A DNA stretch of 64,000 nt from Chloroflexota bacterium (GCA_016183425.1 JACPEP010000041.1:3704-67703); one strand, 5' to 3'. Shown: positions 28,258 to 38,126, numbered from the stretch's first letter. Numbers and translations are program-made. Notes: generated by a model from the sequence alone, not told the origin.

Positions 28258-28911
28258 CTATGGCCTCCCTACGAGCCTGGGGGAAGGCATACTGACTACC
28301 CGAGGTTCCTCGACCTTGGGCATGCAAATGTCCCGATAGCCGAACTTACCGTAAACCCTTTCTGCCAGCCGGGAAAAGTTGGCATCCGAGTCCACCACTT
28401 GCCTGTTGAGTAGAGCGATATATCTGCCTTTGTATTCCGAAAGGAACTGGGCCAGATGCTCTTCGTAAAATTGGAGGTCATCCTCAAAAGAAGCTTGTTC
28501 CTCCTTCATAGCTGCTCTCTCGTGGAAGCGCTTCATCACCCCCTGCCCCTCTTCAAAGTCGAAAAGGGGCCGCAGGAGCCTGCCGATTATTTCTTCCTTT
28601 CTCGCCTTGCTGCTGGTCCGAATGGACATCCGCTCCGCCAGGTCCACCAACTGGGGAACAGAAAACTCATCGAGGCGCTCGTAGGCTTCCTCCTGGCTCA
28701 GATTCTTGATTTCCAGGGCCAGCTTCTCAACATCTGTATCTCGGAGGGACAAAAAGCTTCGACGGCGCGGTGACTTCTTCTTGGGTGCAGCACCCGAAAG
28801 CTCTTTGCCCGCTTTCAGTTCCGTGTTAGGGAGGGTCTGCAAGAGCTCGCCCAGCTCAATCAGTTGCCTGGCAAGGTCATGCAAGTGGGATATGCTTTCA
28901 GTGTCCTTCAA
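28258..28911 (-). CDS. partner protein, copy 2 (217 aa; shared N-terminal segment, unknown C-terminal domain), translationally coupled to the protease
   Basis: N-terminus HLHDLARQLIELGELLQTLPNTELKAGKELSGAAPKKKSP resembles copy 1. The C-terminus ...YIALLNRQVVDSDANFSRLAERVYGKFGYRDICMPKV resembles no family I can name. Confidence 0.6.
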   Translation of the reverse strand: MKDTESISHLHDLARQLIELGELLQTLPNTELKAGKELSGAAPKKKSPRRRSFLSLRDTDVEKLALEIKNLSQEEAYERLDEFSVPQLVDLAERMSIRTSSKARKEEIIGRLLRPLFDFEEGQGVMKRFHERAAMKEEQASFEDDLQFYEEHLAQFLSEYKGRYIALLNRQVVDSDANFSRLAERVYGKFGYRDICMPKVEEPRVVSMPSPRLVGRP

Positions 28912-29020
28912 AGTTTCACCACTTTTTCAAAGAACTCCTCAGCACATCTCTTGATTTGCTTCTCATAAGCTAGGTCTCTGGAGCCTATCAACCTCTTTCG
29001 CCCTCAATCAAGATCGAAAA

Positions 29021-29440
29021 CTACTCCAGAGCGGCTACGCATTCCATTTCGATGAGATAGTCCGGGTTGACCAGGCTTTTCACCACCACGGCGGTGCTGG
29101 CGGGGCGGGGCTCCGTAAAGTAGCGGTTGCGGATTTCGTACATCTTCGCCCGGTCCTCTAGCCGGGTGATGAAAGTGGTGATCTTGAGGACGTTGTCCAG
29201 ATGGCTCCCCGCCGCCTCCAGGATGGCCTTGATATTCTCCATAACCTGGATGGCCTGGGCCTCGAAGTCGCTTTGGCCCACCAGTTTGCCCTGGGGGTCC
29301 GTGGCCACCTGGCCGGAGACGAAGAGGAGGTTGCCAAACCTAACCCCCTGAGACAACGACTGAACCTGCCGCCAGCCCTGGGGTTGCACCGGTTTCCGGA
29401 GCATAGCAGTCACCTCCTCCGCCAGGTGGGGGCGTAGCAT
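29021..29440 (-). CDS. ridA: RidA/YjgF/L-PSP family reactive-intermediate deaminase
   Basis: ...FGNLLFVSGQVATDPQGKLVGQSDFEAQAIQVMENIKAILEAAGSHLDNVLKITTFI...PASTAVVVKSLV... is the classic RidA pattern. The true start may be the internal Met at about 29404. Confidence 0.85.
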   Translation of the reverse strand: MLRPHLAEEVTAMLRKPVQPQGWRQVQSLSQGVRFGNLLFVSGQVATDPQGKLVGQSDFEAQAIQVMENIKAILEAAGSHLDNVLKITTFITRLEDRAKMYEIRNRYFTEPRPASTAVVVKSLVNPDYLIEMECVAALE

Positions 29441-29502
29441 ACTGCGCCCCTACGCATGTTGCACCGGGTTCCTTATCATAAAGGTTACCTCCCTCGCCTG
29501 GG

Positions 29503-30510
29503 CTATAGCCACCCGCGCTGAAGCAAGGCCTCGGCAATCTGAACCGCGTTTAAGGCCGCCCCTTTGCGCAGGTTGTCGGCCACCACCCACATGGCCAAGC
29601 CCTGGGGATGGGAAGCGTCTTTCCTAATGCGACCCACAAAGACCTCGTCTTGACCGGCCACCGACCAGGGGTGGGGGTAGAGGCTGACCCGGGGGTCGTC
29701 CAGTACTCGTATTCCCGGTGCCTCCGACAGGATGATACGCGCCTCCTCCGTCTCCATGGGCCGGCTCAGCTCCAGGTGGATCGCCTCGCTGTGGCCTACG
29801 TAGACAGGCACCCGAACGCAGGTGGCAGACACGGCCAGATTCTCGCTGTGCAGGATTTTCCGTGTCTCATTCACCATCTTCCACTCCTCCCGAGTATACC
29901 CACTATCTAAGAAAGGCTCTATCTCGGGCAAAAGGTTGAAAGCTATCTGGTGCGGATACACATGGGGAATGACGCTCTTTCCTTCCAGCACATGTCTCGC
30001 CTGGGTGCTTAACTCCTCCAGGGCTACCACGCCGGTTCCTGACACCGATTGGTAGGTATCCACCACGATGCGCTTCACCGGATTGACCCGGTGCAGGGGA
30101 TTGACGGCCACCACCATCTGAATGGTGGAGCAGTTGGGGTTGGCGATAATCCTCTTGTGCCACCTCAGATCTTCCTCGTTCACCTCCGGCACCACCAGCG
30201 GCACCTGGGGGTCCATGCGGAAGGCAAAGCTGTTGTCGATGACTACCACCCCTTTTCGGGCCGCCACGGGAGCCCAGTGCTGGCTTACCTCCGCCCCGGC
30301 GCTGAAAAGGGCGATATCCACATCCTCGAAGGAGCGGGGACTCACCTCTTTGACCGCCAACTCTTTGTGGCCGAAGAGTATCTTTTTCCCCTCAGAGCGG
30401 TCGGAGGCGTACAGGGAGAGGGATGCCACGGGGAATTTCCGCTGCTGGAGCACCTTGACCATCTCTTGGCCGACCAGCCCCGTAGCACCGACAATGGCGA
30501 CCCGAAACAT
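29503..30510 (-). CDS. asd: aspartate-semialdehyde dehydrogenase
   Basis: N-terminus MFRVAIVGATGLVGQEMVKVL, an active-site Cys region and the C-terminal dimerisation domain. Length 335 aa. Confidence 0.9.
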   Translation of the reverse strand: MFRVAIVGATGLVGQEMVKVLQQRKFPVASLSLYASDRSEGKKILFGHKELAVKEVSPRSFEDVDIALFSAGAEVSQHWAPVAARKGVVVIDNSFAFRMDPQVPLVVPEVNEEDLRWHKRIIANPNCSTIQMVVAVNPLHRVNPVKRIVVDTYQSVSGTGVVALEELSTQARHVLEGKSVIPHVYPHQIAFNLLPEIEPFLDSGYTREEWKMVNETRKILHSENLAVSATCVRVPVYVGHSEAIHLELSRPMETEEARIILSEAPGIRVLDDPRVSLYPHPWSVAGQDEVFVGRIRKDASHPQGLAMWVVADNLRKGAALNAVQIAEALLQRGWL

Positions 30511-30527
30511 CTCTACCCGACCCTTCT

Positions 30528-31328
30528 CTAAAGGCCCAGCAAGGCATCCAGGCTGGTAATCAACTCTTTACGCTTTACGACCTCTTTTATGGCCAGCATG
30601 ATGCCCGGAACGAAGCACTCCCGACTCAGGGCATCGTGGCGGATACGCAGCGTCTGACCCCGGGTGCCGAAGACCACCTCCTGGTGCGCCAAAAGCCCCG
30701 GCAGGCGAAGGCTGTGGATGGGGATGCCCTCCTTCAGGCCACCCCGGGTGCTCGGGATGGTTTCTTTTTGAACTGAGGCCCACTGGAAGGCAGAGCCCCG
30801 GCTCCGGGCCATCTCCTGGGCAGTGAAAAGGGCGGTGCCGGAGGGCGCATCCAACTTCTGCTCGTGGTGCATCTCCACAATCTCCGCATAGTCAAAATAG
30901 CGGGCGGCGATGCGGGCCAGATAGACCATGATTACCGCCCCCACGGCGAAGTTGGGCGCCACCACAACCCCTATCTGATGACGTCGACACAGCTCCCCAA
31001 TTTCCTCCAGGTTCTCCTGGGCCAGACCGGTAGTGCCCACCACCACCGCCACCCCATTGCGGGCACAGATGCGCACCGCGGGCATGGTGGCCTCAGCGTG
31101 GCTGAAATCCACCATCACCTGGGGACGAGTGCGTTGGATGATAGACTCCAGGTCCGTGGACAGGGGGATGAGCCCAGAGCCATCGGGTAGAGAAAGATAG
31201 TCCTCTCCCATCCGCCGCTCCACCGCCCCTACCGGCTCCATCTCCGGCTCCTGGCACAAGGCAGCCAGCACCTCCCGCCCCATCTTTCCGGAGGCACCGT
31301 GCACCACCACCTTTATGGGCTGCATCAT
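30528..31328 (-). CDS. dapB: 4-hydroxy-tetrahydrodipicolinate reductase
   Basis: VVVHGASGKMGREVLAAL NAD(P)-binding N-terminus and the DapB C-terminal domain (EIVEMHHEQKLDAPSGTA). Confidence 0.9.
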   Translation of the reverse strand: MMQPIKVVVHGASGKMGREVLAALCQEPEMEPVGAVERRMGEDYLSLPDGSGLIPLSTDLESIIQRTRPQVMVDFSHAEATMPAVRICARNGVAVVVGTTGLAQENLEEIGELCRRHQIGVVVAPNFAVGAVIMVYLARIAARYFDYAEIVEMHHEQKLDAPSGTALFTAQEMARSRGSAFQWASVQKETIPSTRGGLKEGIPIHSLRLPGLLAHQEVVFGTRGQTLRIRHDALSRECFVPGIMLAIKEVVKRKELITSLDALLGL

Positions 31329-31395
31329 GCCCTCTCTTCACCCATGGTCAACACGGCTGACATTATAATACAGAAGAATGTTTAGCAATAACCCC

Positions 31396-31517
31396 GGCTT
31401 ATGGTTATTAACTATTAATATGCCTCAAAGATAGGACCCCATCGTCATTCTCATCTCCCCGCCTCTGGCGGATCAGAATGACAAAATGTCACTATTTTGT
31501 TGATGACCATAAGCCGA
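31396..31517. mobile_element. MITE-like palindromic element with terminal inverted repeats (about 122 bp) between dapB and pnp
   Basis: Left TIR is CGGCTTATGGTTATTAA (31396-31412). Right TIR is TTGATGACCATAAGCCG (31501-31517). An internal stem-loop, gtcattctcatctccccgcc-tctg-gcggatcagaatgac, shares its core with the elements at 39062-39247, 57718-58078 and 63530-63880. Confidence 0.45.
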
Positions 31518-31539
31518 GGGTATTAATAGACGTCCTCGG

Positions 31540-33840
31540 TTATGTATGCCCACCCCTTCCCCGGTCCTCGGGGCTCCATCTCCTATCTCCGGGATGGCGC
31601 TGAGGAGGTGGTGTTCGAGACTCGGAACTGCCATAGCGCCGCCCTTCGGGCCGACTGTCGGGCCGACCTAAAGGCGGGGCGAAGCGGCCGGGGCGCGGCT
31701 CCGGCGGGCGTCGGGGGGGGTAGGGGGGTTCACGCCCCTCTCCTGGGGGTCGCGCCACCCCGGCCTCCTGCAGAAGAGCCCGTCGAGACAGGTTGATGCG
31801 CCCCATACGGTCGATCTCGGTGACCGTCACCGTTACCTCATCCCCTATCTGGACCTCGTCCTCCACCCGAGCCACTCGGTAGTCGGCCAGCTCGCTGATA
31901 TGAACCAGCCCCTCTTTGCCCGGAAGGATCTCCACGAAGGCGCCAAAGCCTGTGATCCGGGTCACCCTTCCCGTATAGATACCACCCACCTCCACGTCCC
32001 GGGTCAGGCCCTCGATGAGCTTAATGGCACGCTGAGCCGCCTCCTCGCTGGTTGAGCCAATGATGACGGTGCCATCGTCCTCCACGTCCAGGGTCACCTT
32101 GGTCTCCTCGGTGATAGAACGAATGGTCTTACCTCCGGGGCCGATGACGTACCTTATCTTATCGGGGCTGATGCTAATCTTGATCATTCTGGGGGCGTAG
32201 CGGCTTAGTTGGGGCCGGCTGGCGCTAATGGTCTCCGCCATCTTCTCCAGAATGTAGAGGCGTCCTTCCCGGGCTCGCTCCAGGGCCTCTTTTAGCACCT
32301 CGTGGCTTATGCCCTTGATCTTGACATCCATCTGGAGGGCCGTTATCCCCTGGGCGGTGCCCGCCACCTTAAAGTCCATATCGCCCAGGGCATCCTCCAT
32401 GCCCTCGATGTCGGTGAGGATGGCGTAGCGGCCGTTCTTGTCCATGGTCAGGCCCATGGCCACCCCGGCTACAGGCGACTTGATAGGCACGCCCGCGTCC
32501 ATGAGGGCCAGGGAGCTGCCACATACGCTTCCCATTGATGTGCTGCCGTTTGAGCTGAGAACCTCCGATACCAGGCGTATGGTGTAGGGGAAGTCCTCCT
32601 CACTGGGAATAACAGGGGCCAGGGCCCGCTCCGCCAGAGCGCCATGGCCGATCTCTCGCCGCCCGGTGGAGCCCATGCGCCTCACCTCCCCCGTACTGAA
32701 GGGGGGGAAGTTGTAGTGGTGCATGAAGCGCTTGCTCTCCTCCGGAGTCAGCCCATCGATGATCTGCTTCTCACCCACAGAGCCCAGGGTGGCGATGGAC
32801 AGTACCTGAGTTTGCCCACGGGTGAACAAACCAGAGCCGTGGGTGCGGGGAAGGGCGCCCACTTCACAGGTGATGGGGCGAATGTCCGTGTAGCCACGCC
32901 CATCGGAGCGGAGACCCTTATCAAAGATGCGCCGCCGCACGTGAGCCTTCAGCGCTGTCTCAAAGGCGGCCACCACTTCCGCCGTCGGATAGCGCTCTGC
33001 CAGCCTCTCCGTCAGCTCCCGCCGGAGACCGTCTATAAGGGCATCCCGCTGGCTGCGCTGGCTCCACGGGAAGTCCTCTGACAATCGGCTCTGAACCTCT
33101 GCCTCTACATCCTTTTCCAGGTCTGGGTCCAACTGGGATGGCGCAAACTCATCCCGGACGGGGTTGACCTGCTGAACCAGCGCCTCCTGAAGGTTCATAA
33201 TCTCTTGGTTGGCTTCCTGACCAAATCGGAGGGCCTCCCGTACCATGTCCTCGGGCATCTCCTTGACCCCCGCCTCCACCATCACCACCGCCTCCCGGGT
33301 GCTGGTAACCACCAGGTCCAGCAGGCTGTCCGTCAACTGGCTGAAAGTGGGGTTCAACACAAACTGCCCATCTATGTACCCCACACGAACGGCACTCACC
33401 GGGCCACCGAAGGGAATGCCGGAAAGCATTAGGGCCGTAGAGGCACCCACGATGGCCAAGACATCGGGATCGTTCTCCTGGTCCGCGGAGAGGGTGGTAA
33501 TAACCACCTGAATGTCCTTGTAGTAACCTTTGGGAAAGAGGGGACGGATAGACCTGTCCGTCAGGCGCATCACCAGGATGGCATCGCTGCTGGGCCGGCC
33601 CTCCCGGCGGAAAAAACCGCCGGGGATTTTCCCGGCGGCATAGAGGCGTTCCTCATAATCCACAGTAAGGGGCAGAAAGTCGATCCTCTCTTGACGCTCA
33701 GCGCCGACGCAGGCAGTGACCAGCACTATGGTATCCCCATAACGCACCGTGACCGCTCCCTGGGCCTGTCCCGCCAGGCGGCCACTTTCTATGCGCAAAC
33801 TCCGCTCCCCCACTTTCCCCTCTACACTATACTCTGCCAC
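31540..33840 (-). CDS. pnp: polynucleotide phosphorylase with a C-terminal Arg/Pro-rich low-complexity extension
   Basis: Two RNase PH domains followed by KH and S1 domains (GGIYTGRVTRITGFGAFVEI). The roughly 70-aa tail is PPGEGREPPYPPRRPPEPRPGRFAPPLGRPDSRPEGRRYG.... Confidence 0.95.
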   Translation of the reverse strand: MAEYSVEGKVGERSLRIESGRLAGQAQGAVTVRYGDTIVLVTACVGAERQERIDFLPLTVDYEERLYAAGKIPGGFFRREGRPSSDAILVMRLTDRSIRPLFPKGYYKDIQVVITTLSADQENDPDVLAIVGASTALMLSGIPFGGPVSAVRVGYIDGQFVLNPTFSQLTDSLLDLVVTSTREAVVMVEAGVKEMPEDMVREALRFGQEANQEIMNLQEALVQQVNPVRDEFAPSQLDPDLEKDVEAEVQSRLSEDFPWSQRSQRDALIDGLRRELTERLAERYPTAEVVAAFETALKAHVRRRIFDKGLRSDGRGYTDIRPITCEVGALPRTHGSGLFTRGQTQVLSIATLGSVGEKQIIDGLTPEESKRFMHHYNFPPFSTGEVRRMGSTGRREIGHGALAERALAPVIPSEEDFPYTIRLVSEVLSSNGSTSMGSVCGSSLALMDAGVPIKSPVAGVAMGLTMDKNGRYAILTDIEGMEDALGDMDFKVAGTAQGITALQMDVKIKGISHEVLKEALERAREGRLYILEKMAETISASRPQLSRYAPRMIKISISPDKIRYVIGPGGKTIRSITEETKVTLDVEDDGTVIIGSTSEEAAQRAIKLIEGLTRDVEVGGIYTGRVTRITGFGAFVEILPGKEGLVHISELADYRVARVEDEVQIGDEVTVTVTEIDRMGRINLSRRALLQEAGVARPPGEGREPPYPPRRPPEPRPGRFAPPLGRPDSRPEGRRYGSSESRTPPPQRHPGDRRWSPEDRGRGGHT

Positions 33841-33954
33841 TTAATTAACCTCCTAAGTCTCCCTGGGCAGGGTGATTCAAAAACAAAAGGTCTTACTATA
33901 AGACGTTTTGGCTAAAAAACCTGGTAATTGCCGCTGGAATCTTCTTTGTCGTTC

Positions 33955-34221
33955 TTATTTTCGCAGACCGAGGCGGGTAATGATATCGCGATAGCCTTCC
34001 GCATTCTTTCTGCTGAGGTAGACCAACTGCCGGCGCCGCTTCCCCACCATCATGAGCAGCCCCCGACGAGAGTGATGGTCTCCCGGGTTTCCTCTCAAGT
34101 GGGCCGACAATCGATTAATTCGTTCTGTGAGAAGGGCAATCTGTACTTCAGACGAGCCCGTATCCCCTTCATGGGTACGGAACTGGTCTCTGATCTCGGT
34201 CTTTTCTTCCTTGGTCAGCAT
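33955..34221 (-). CDS. rpsO: 30S ribosomal protein S15
   Basis: 88 aa: [69 protein letters not shown]. The start is an internal ATG at 34221 with the RBS agaaggag; the ORF-track N-terminal extension is not credible. Confidence 0.9.
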   Translation of the reverse strand: MLTKEEKTEIRDQFRTHEGDTGSSEVQIALLTERINRLSAHLRGNPGDHHSRRGLLMMVGKRRRQLVYLSRKNAEGYRDIITRLGLRK

Positions 34222-34458
34222 GCAACGGCCATGATCGGAAGGTAGCTCCTTCTTTCTATCATCCTCAATCGGGATGATTATATCACACGCCACAGGGACT
34301 GTAAATCGGTTGATTGCTCTTTGGGGATGGCGAGGATATAATGGCTCTGCATCCGCATTTTGGGCGCCTTGGCGTAAAGGCGGATGACAACGCAAACTAT
34401 GACGAAGGCGACGGTTTCGGCTGATAGGTAGAACCAGGCAGTCAAAAAGAATGGCCCG

Positions 34459-35034
34459 ATGGTACTGAGCGACCGGAGTATTAAGGAGGAACTGGCCCAG
34501 GGCCGCATCATTATCGAGCCTTTAGATCCGGGTTGCATCCAGCCCGCCAGCGTGGATGTGCACCTGGATCGTTACTTCCTGGTCTTCCGTAACTCCCGAC
34601 GTCCCTACATCGATGTTCGGGAAAACAGCGACGACCTGATGGATCTGGTAGAAATCGCCGGCGACACCCCGTTTATCCTCCACCCTGGTGAGTTCGTCTT
34701 GGGTAGTACCCTGGAGCAGGTGACACTGCCCGATGACATCGTCGCTCGCCTGGAGGGAAAAAGCTCCTTGGGTAGGCTTGGGCTTCTCATACACTCTACC
34801 GCGGGCTACGTGGACCCGGGCTGGCGCGGCCACCTCACCCTGGAGCTGAGCAACGTGTCCCGATTGCCCATCACCCTCTACCAGAGGATGAAGATCGGGC
34901 AGATATCTTTCCTCCGTCTCACTACCCCCGCCGAAAAGTTGTACGGTGCCCATGGCCTGGGAAGCAAATATCAGGGGCAAACACAGCCCACCGCCAGCCG
35001 CTACTTCCAGGACTTCCTAGAACCCAAGGGATGA
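34459..35034 (+). CDS. dcd: dCTP deaminase
   Basis: N-terminus [12 protein letters not shown]...IIIEPLDP...QPASVDVHL and the dUTPase-like fold pattern. Length 191 aa. Confidence 0.85.
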   Translation: MVLSDRSIKEELAQGRIIIEPLDPGCIQPASVDVHLDRYFLVFRNSRRPYIDVRENSDDLMDLVEIAGDTPFILHPGEFVLGSTLEQVTLPDDIVARLEGKSSLGRLGLLIHSTAGYVDPGWRGHLTLELSNVSRLPITLYQRMKIGQISFLRLTTPAEKLYGAHGLGSKYQGQTQPTASRYFQDFLEPKG

Positions 35035-35038
35035 GGCA

Positions 35039-36136
35039 GTGGATTACATGGCCCTGGCCCTAGCCCTGGCCCAGGAGGCGGTGGGGTGGGCCAGTCCCAA
35101 CCCAGCGGTGGGGGCGGTGATCGTCAAGGGCGGTGTCGTAGTAGGACGGGGTACCACCCAGCCCCCCGGCTCCGCCCACGCCGAGGTAGTGGCCCTGAGG
35201 GAGGCGGGAGAGGCGGCTCGGGGGACCACCATGTACGTTTCCCTGGAGCCTTGTCGCCACTACGGGAGAACGCCTCCCTGCACCACCGCCATCATCCAGG
35301 CCGGCGTGGCAGAGGTGCATATGGCGACCCTGGATCCCAACCCCCTGGTGGCAGGACAAGGCAAAAGGGAGTTGGAGGCGGCGGGAATCGTAACCCACCT
35401 GGGCGAGAGACAGGCAGAGGCGAGACGAATCAACGAGGCTTATGCAAAATACATTACTAACGGGCGCCCTTTTGTCACCGCTAAGTTTGCCGTCAGCCTG
35501 GACGGGAGGATCGCCACCCGCACCAGAGAATCCAAGTGGATCACGGGGGAGGCCTCCCGAGACTATAGCCAGCGGCTGCGTCGCCAGGTGGACGCCATTA
35601 TGGTAGGTTTGAACACTGTCCTGGCCGACGATCCCCAGTTGACGGTGAGAGACGGGGGCAGCCACCGGCGGCAGCCCTTGCGGGTAGTGGTGGACAGCCG
35701 GGGACGCCTTCCCCCCACCGCCCGTCTGCTTCGTGAGCCCGGCCACACATTGGTGGCAGTGGCGGGGTCGTTGGCAGCCTCTCAACTAGAAACGCTGCGG
35801 GGTGCCGGGGCCGAGGTGCTGGTGATGCCAGACAAGGAGGGCCTGGTAGACGTGGCCGCCCTGGTAACGACTTTGGGACGCCGAGAGGTGACCCATGTCC
35901 TGGTGGAAGGGGGCGGCACCCTTCTCGGCTCTTTTTTTGACGCCGGGTTGGTGGACAGGGTGGCTGCCTTCCTCAGCCCCATGATCATTGGGGGTAGCCA
36001 GGCCATGAGCCCCGTTTTGGGACAGGGGGTGGCCAAGATAGCCGAGGCCCCTCGCTTGAGGGACGTGGCCATGGAGCGGCTGGGAGACGACTTCCTCATC
36101 ACCGGCTACCTCGCCCCAACGCCTTGGTCAATATAA
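35039..36136 (+). CDS. ribD: bifunctional diaminohydroxyphosphoribosylaminopyrimidine deaminase / 5-amino-6-(5-phosphoribosylamino)uracil reductase
   Basis: CMP/dCMP-type deaminase zinc motif HAEVVALREAG...LEPCRHYGRTPPC, plus a C-terminal RibD reductase domain. Confidence 0.9.
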   Translation: MDYMALALALAQEAVGWASPNPAVGAVIVKGGVVVGRGTTQPPGSAHAEVVALREAGEAARGTTMYVSLEPCRHYGRTPPCTTAIIQAGVAEVHMATLDPNPLVAGQGKRELEAAGIVTHLGERQAEARRINEAYAKYITNGRPFVTAKFAVSLDGRIATRTRESKWITGEASRDYSQRLRRQVDAIMVGLNTVLADDPQLTVRDGGSHRRQPLRVVVDSRGRLPPTARLLREPGHTLVAVAGSLAASQLETLRGAGAEVLVMPDKEGLVDVAALVTTLGRREVTHVLVEGGGTLLGSFFDAGLVDRVAAFLSPMIIGGSQAMSPVLGQGVAKIAEAPRLRDVAMERLGDDFLITGYLAPTPWSI

Positions 36137-36151
36137 AATACGAGGAGGATT

Positions 36152-36787
36152 ATGTTCACGGGCATTGTTGAAGAGGTAGGCACCTTCCAATCCCGGCGCG
36201 GCCAGCGCATGACCATCGCCGCTCAGAAGGTGCGGGAAGACGCCCAAGAAGGGGATAGCATCGCCATCAACGGCGCTTGCCTTACGGTGGTTGCCCTGGG
36301 CAAAGGCGTTTTCTCCGTGGACGTGATGCCGGAGACCCTGCGTCTCACCAACCTAGGCCAGCTTCGCCGCGGGAACGGCGTAAACCTGGAGCGGGCCGTG
36401 GCCGTGGGGCAGCGGCTGGGGGGACATTTCGTCCAGGGACACGTGGAAGCCACGGGCAAAATTGTCTCCTTCACCCCCGAAAAAGAGGCCGTCATCGCCC
36501 GCTTCTGGGCCCCTCCTCAAATCATGCGCTACGTAGTGACCAAAGGCTTCATCGCCGTGGATGGCATCAGCCTCACCGTAGTGGAGCGCAACGCCGATTA
36601 TTTCACCGTTTCCCTGGTGAGCTATACCCAGGAGCACACCATCCTGGCCCAGAAGAAGCCCGGCGATCTGGTAAACCTGGAAACGGACATCCTGGCTAAA
36701 TATGTGGAGCAGCTTCTGAAGGGTGAGGGAACTGGGCTGACCTGGGAGGGGCTGACGCGCCAAGGATTTATTCCCCAGCCCTCTTAG
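36152..36787 (+). CDS. ribE: riboflavin synthase (alpha chain)
   Basis: N-terminus [11 protein letters not shown] and the duplicated lumazine-binding half-sites. Length 211 aa. Confidence 0.9.
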   Translation: MFTGIVEEVGTFQSRRGQRMTIAAQKVREDAQEGDSIAINGACLTVVALGKGVFSVDVMPETLRLTNLGQLRRGNGVNLERAVAVGQRLGGHFVQGHVEATGKIVSFTPEKEAVIARFWAPPQIMRYVVTKGFIAVDGISLTVVERNADYFTVSLVSYTQEHTILAQKKPGDLVNLETDILAKYVEQLLKGEGTGLTWEGLTRQGFIPQPS

Positions 36788-36848
36788 AGTTCTGCTATAA
36801 TTGTTTTGTGCTTTGTAGACCGTCGGCTGGCCAGGGGAGGAAGTCAAA

Positions 36849-38066
36849 ATGCCTTTTGCCACCATAGAAGAGGCCATCGAAGATATTCGAGCGGGCAAAT
36901 TCGTTATCATCGTGGATGACGAGGACCGAGAAAACGAGGGCGACCTGGCCCAGGCCGCCGAAAAGGTGACCCCGGAGGCGATAAACTTCATGGCCAGGTA
37001 CGGCCGCGGGCTCATCTGCCTGCCCGTCATCGGTCAGCGCCTGGACGACCTGCAGATTCCCATGATGGTTCAGGAGAATACCTCCACCTTCGGTACCGCC
37101 TTCACCCAGTCCATCGACGCCAAAAAAGGGGTCACCACCGGCATCTCCGCCTACGACCGGGCGGCTACGGTAAAGGCAGTGCTGGACCCGAACACCAAGC
37201 CAGAAGACCTGGCCCGCCCGGGCCACATATTTCCCTTGCGGGCCAAAGAGGGGGGCGTCCTGGTGCGGGCGGGACAAACGGAGGCCGTGGTGGACATGGC
37301 GCGGTTGGCCCGTCTCTACCCCGCCGGGGTCATCTGCGAGATCATGAATGAGGATGGCACCATGGCCCGTCTGCCCCAGTTAGAGGTCTTGGCCGCCCAA
37401 CACAACATCAAGATCGTAGCCGTGGCCCAGATCATCGCCTACCGCCGCCACCACGAACGGCTAATACAGCGGGTAGCCCAGGCAGAGTTGCCCACTTGCT
37501 ACGGAAGCTTTACTGCCATCGCCTACCGCAGCATTGTTGACCCCGACGAGCATGTGGCCCTGGTGAAGGGCGACCTGGCCGGGGATGAGCCGGTGCTGGT
37601 GCGTGTCCATAGCCAGTGCCTTACCGGGGATGTTTTCGGCAGCCTACGTTGCGACTGTGGGGAACAGGTGGATGCCGCCATGAAGGCCATCGCCGAAGAA
37701 GGACGGGGTGTGTTTCTCTATATGCGCCAGGAGGGTCGCGGCATCGGCCTCCACAACAAGATTCGCGCCTACGCCCTCCAGGATCAGGGCCTGGACACCG
37801 TGGAGGCCAATGAGGCGCTGGGCTTCCCGGCTGACCTGCGGGATTACGGCATTGGCGCCCAGATACTGGTGGATCTGGGTTTGAAGCAGATCCGTCTCCT
37901 CACCAACAACCCCAAAAAGATCGTCGGCTTCGCCGGCTACGGCCTGAAGATCGCCGAACGGGTGCCCATCATCCCCACTGGCCACCAACACAACCTTCGT
38001 TACCTGAGAACTAAGCAAGATAAGCTGGGGCACCTCTTAGACCTGGCAGAGGATGCGCCCACTTAG
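36849..38066 (+). CDS. ribBA: bifunctional 3,4-dihydroxy-2-butanone-4-phosphate synthase / GTP cyclohydrolase II
   Basis: DHBP synthase N-terminal half ([14 protein letters not shown]) and GTP cyclohydrolase II C-terminal half ([15 protein letters not shown] zinc site). Confidence 0.9.
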   Translation: MPFATIEEAIEDIRAGKFVIIVDDEDRENEGDLAQAAEKVTPEAINFMARYGRGLICLPVIGQRLDDLQIPMMVQENTSTFGTAFTQSIDAKKGVTTGISAYDRAATVKAVLDPNTKPEDLARPGHIFPLRAKEGGVLVRAGQTEAVVDMARLARLYPAGVICEIMNEDGTMARLPQLEVLAAQHNIKIVAVAQIIAYRRHHERLIQRVAQAELPTCYGSFTAIAYRSIVDPDEHVALVKGDLAGDEPVLVRVHSQCLTGDVFGSLRCDCGEQVDAAMKAIAEEGRGVFLYMRQEGRGIGLHNKIRAYALQDQGLDTVEANEALGFPADLRDYGIGAQILVDLGLKQIRLLTNNPKKIVGFAGYGLKIAERVPIIPTGHQHNLRYLRTKQDKLGHLLDLAEDAPT

Positions 38067-38126
38067 GAGGCATTCTTTCTCAACCGGAAACCAGAGCACG
38101 GCCATGGCCGATAGTCAGGAGGAGAT

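Noticed and set aside
34222-34458. Possible FMN riboswitch upstream of the dcd-rib cluster.
   Set aside because: No GGGGCAGGGTGAAATTCCC or AGTCCGGATG-type conserved blocks were found. The GGATGAT...AGAAGGAG string is on the minus strand and is simply the rpsO ribosome-binding site.
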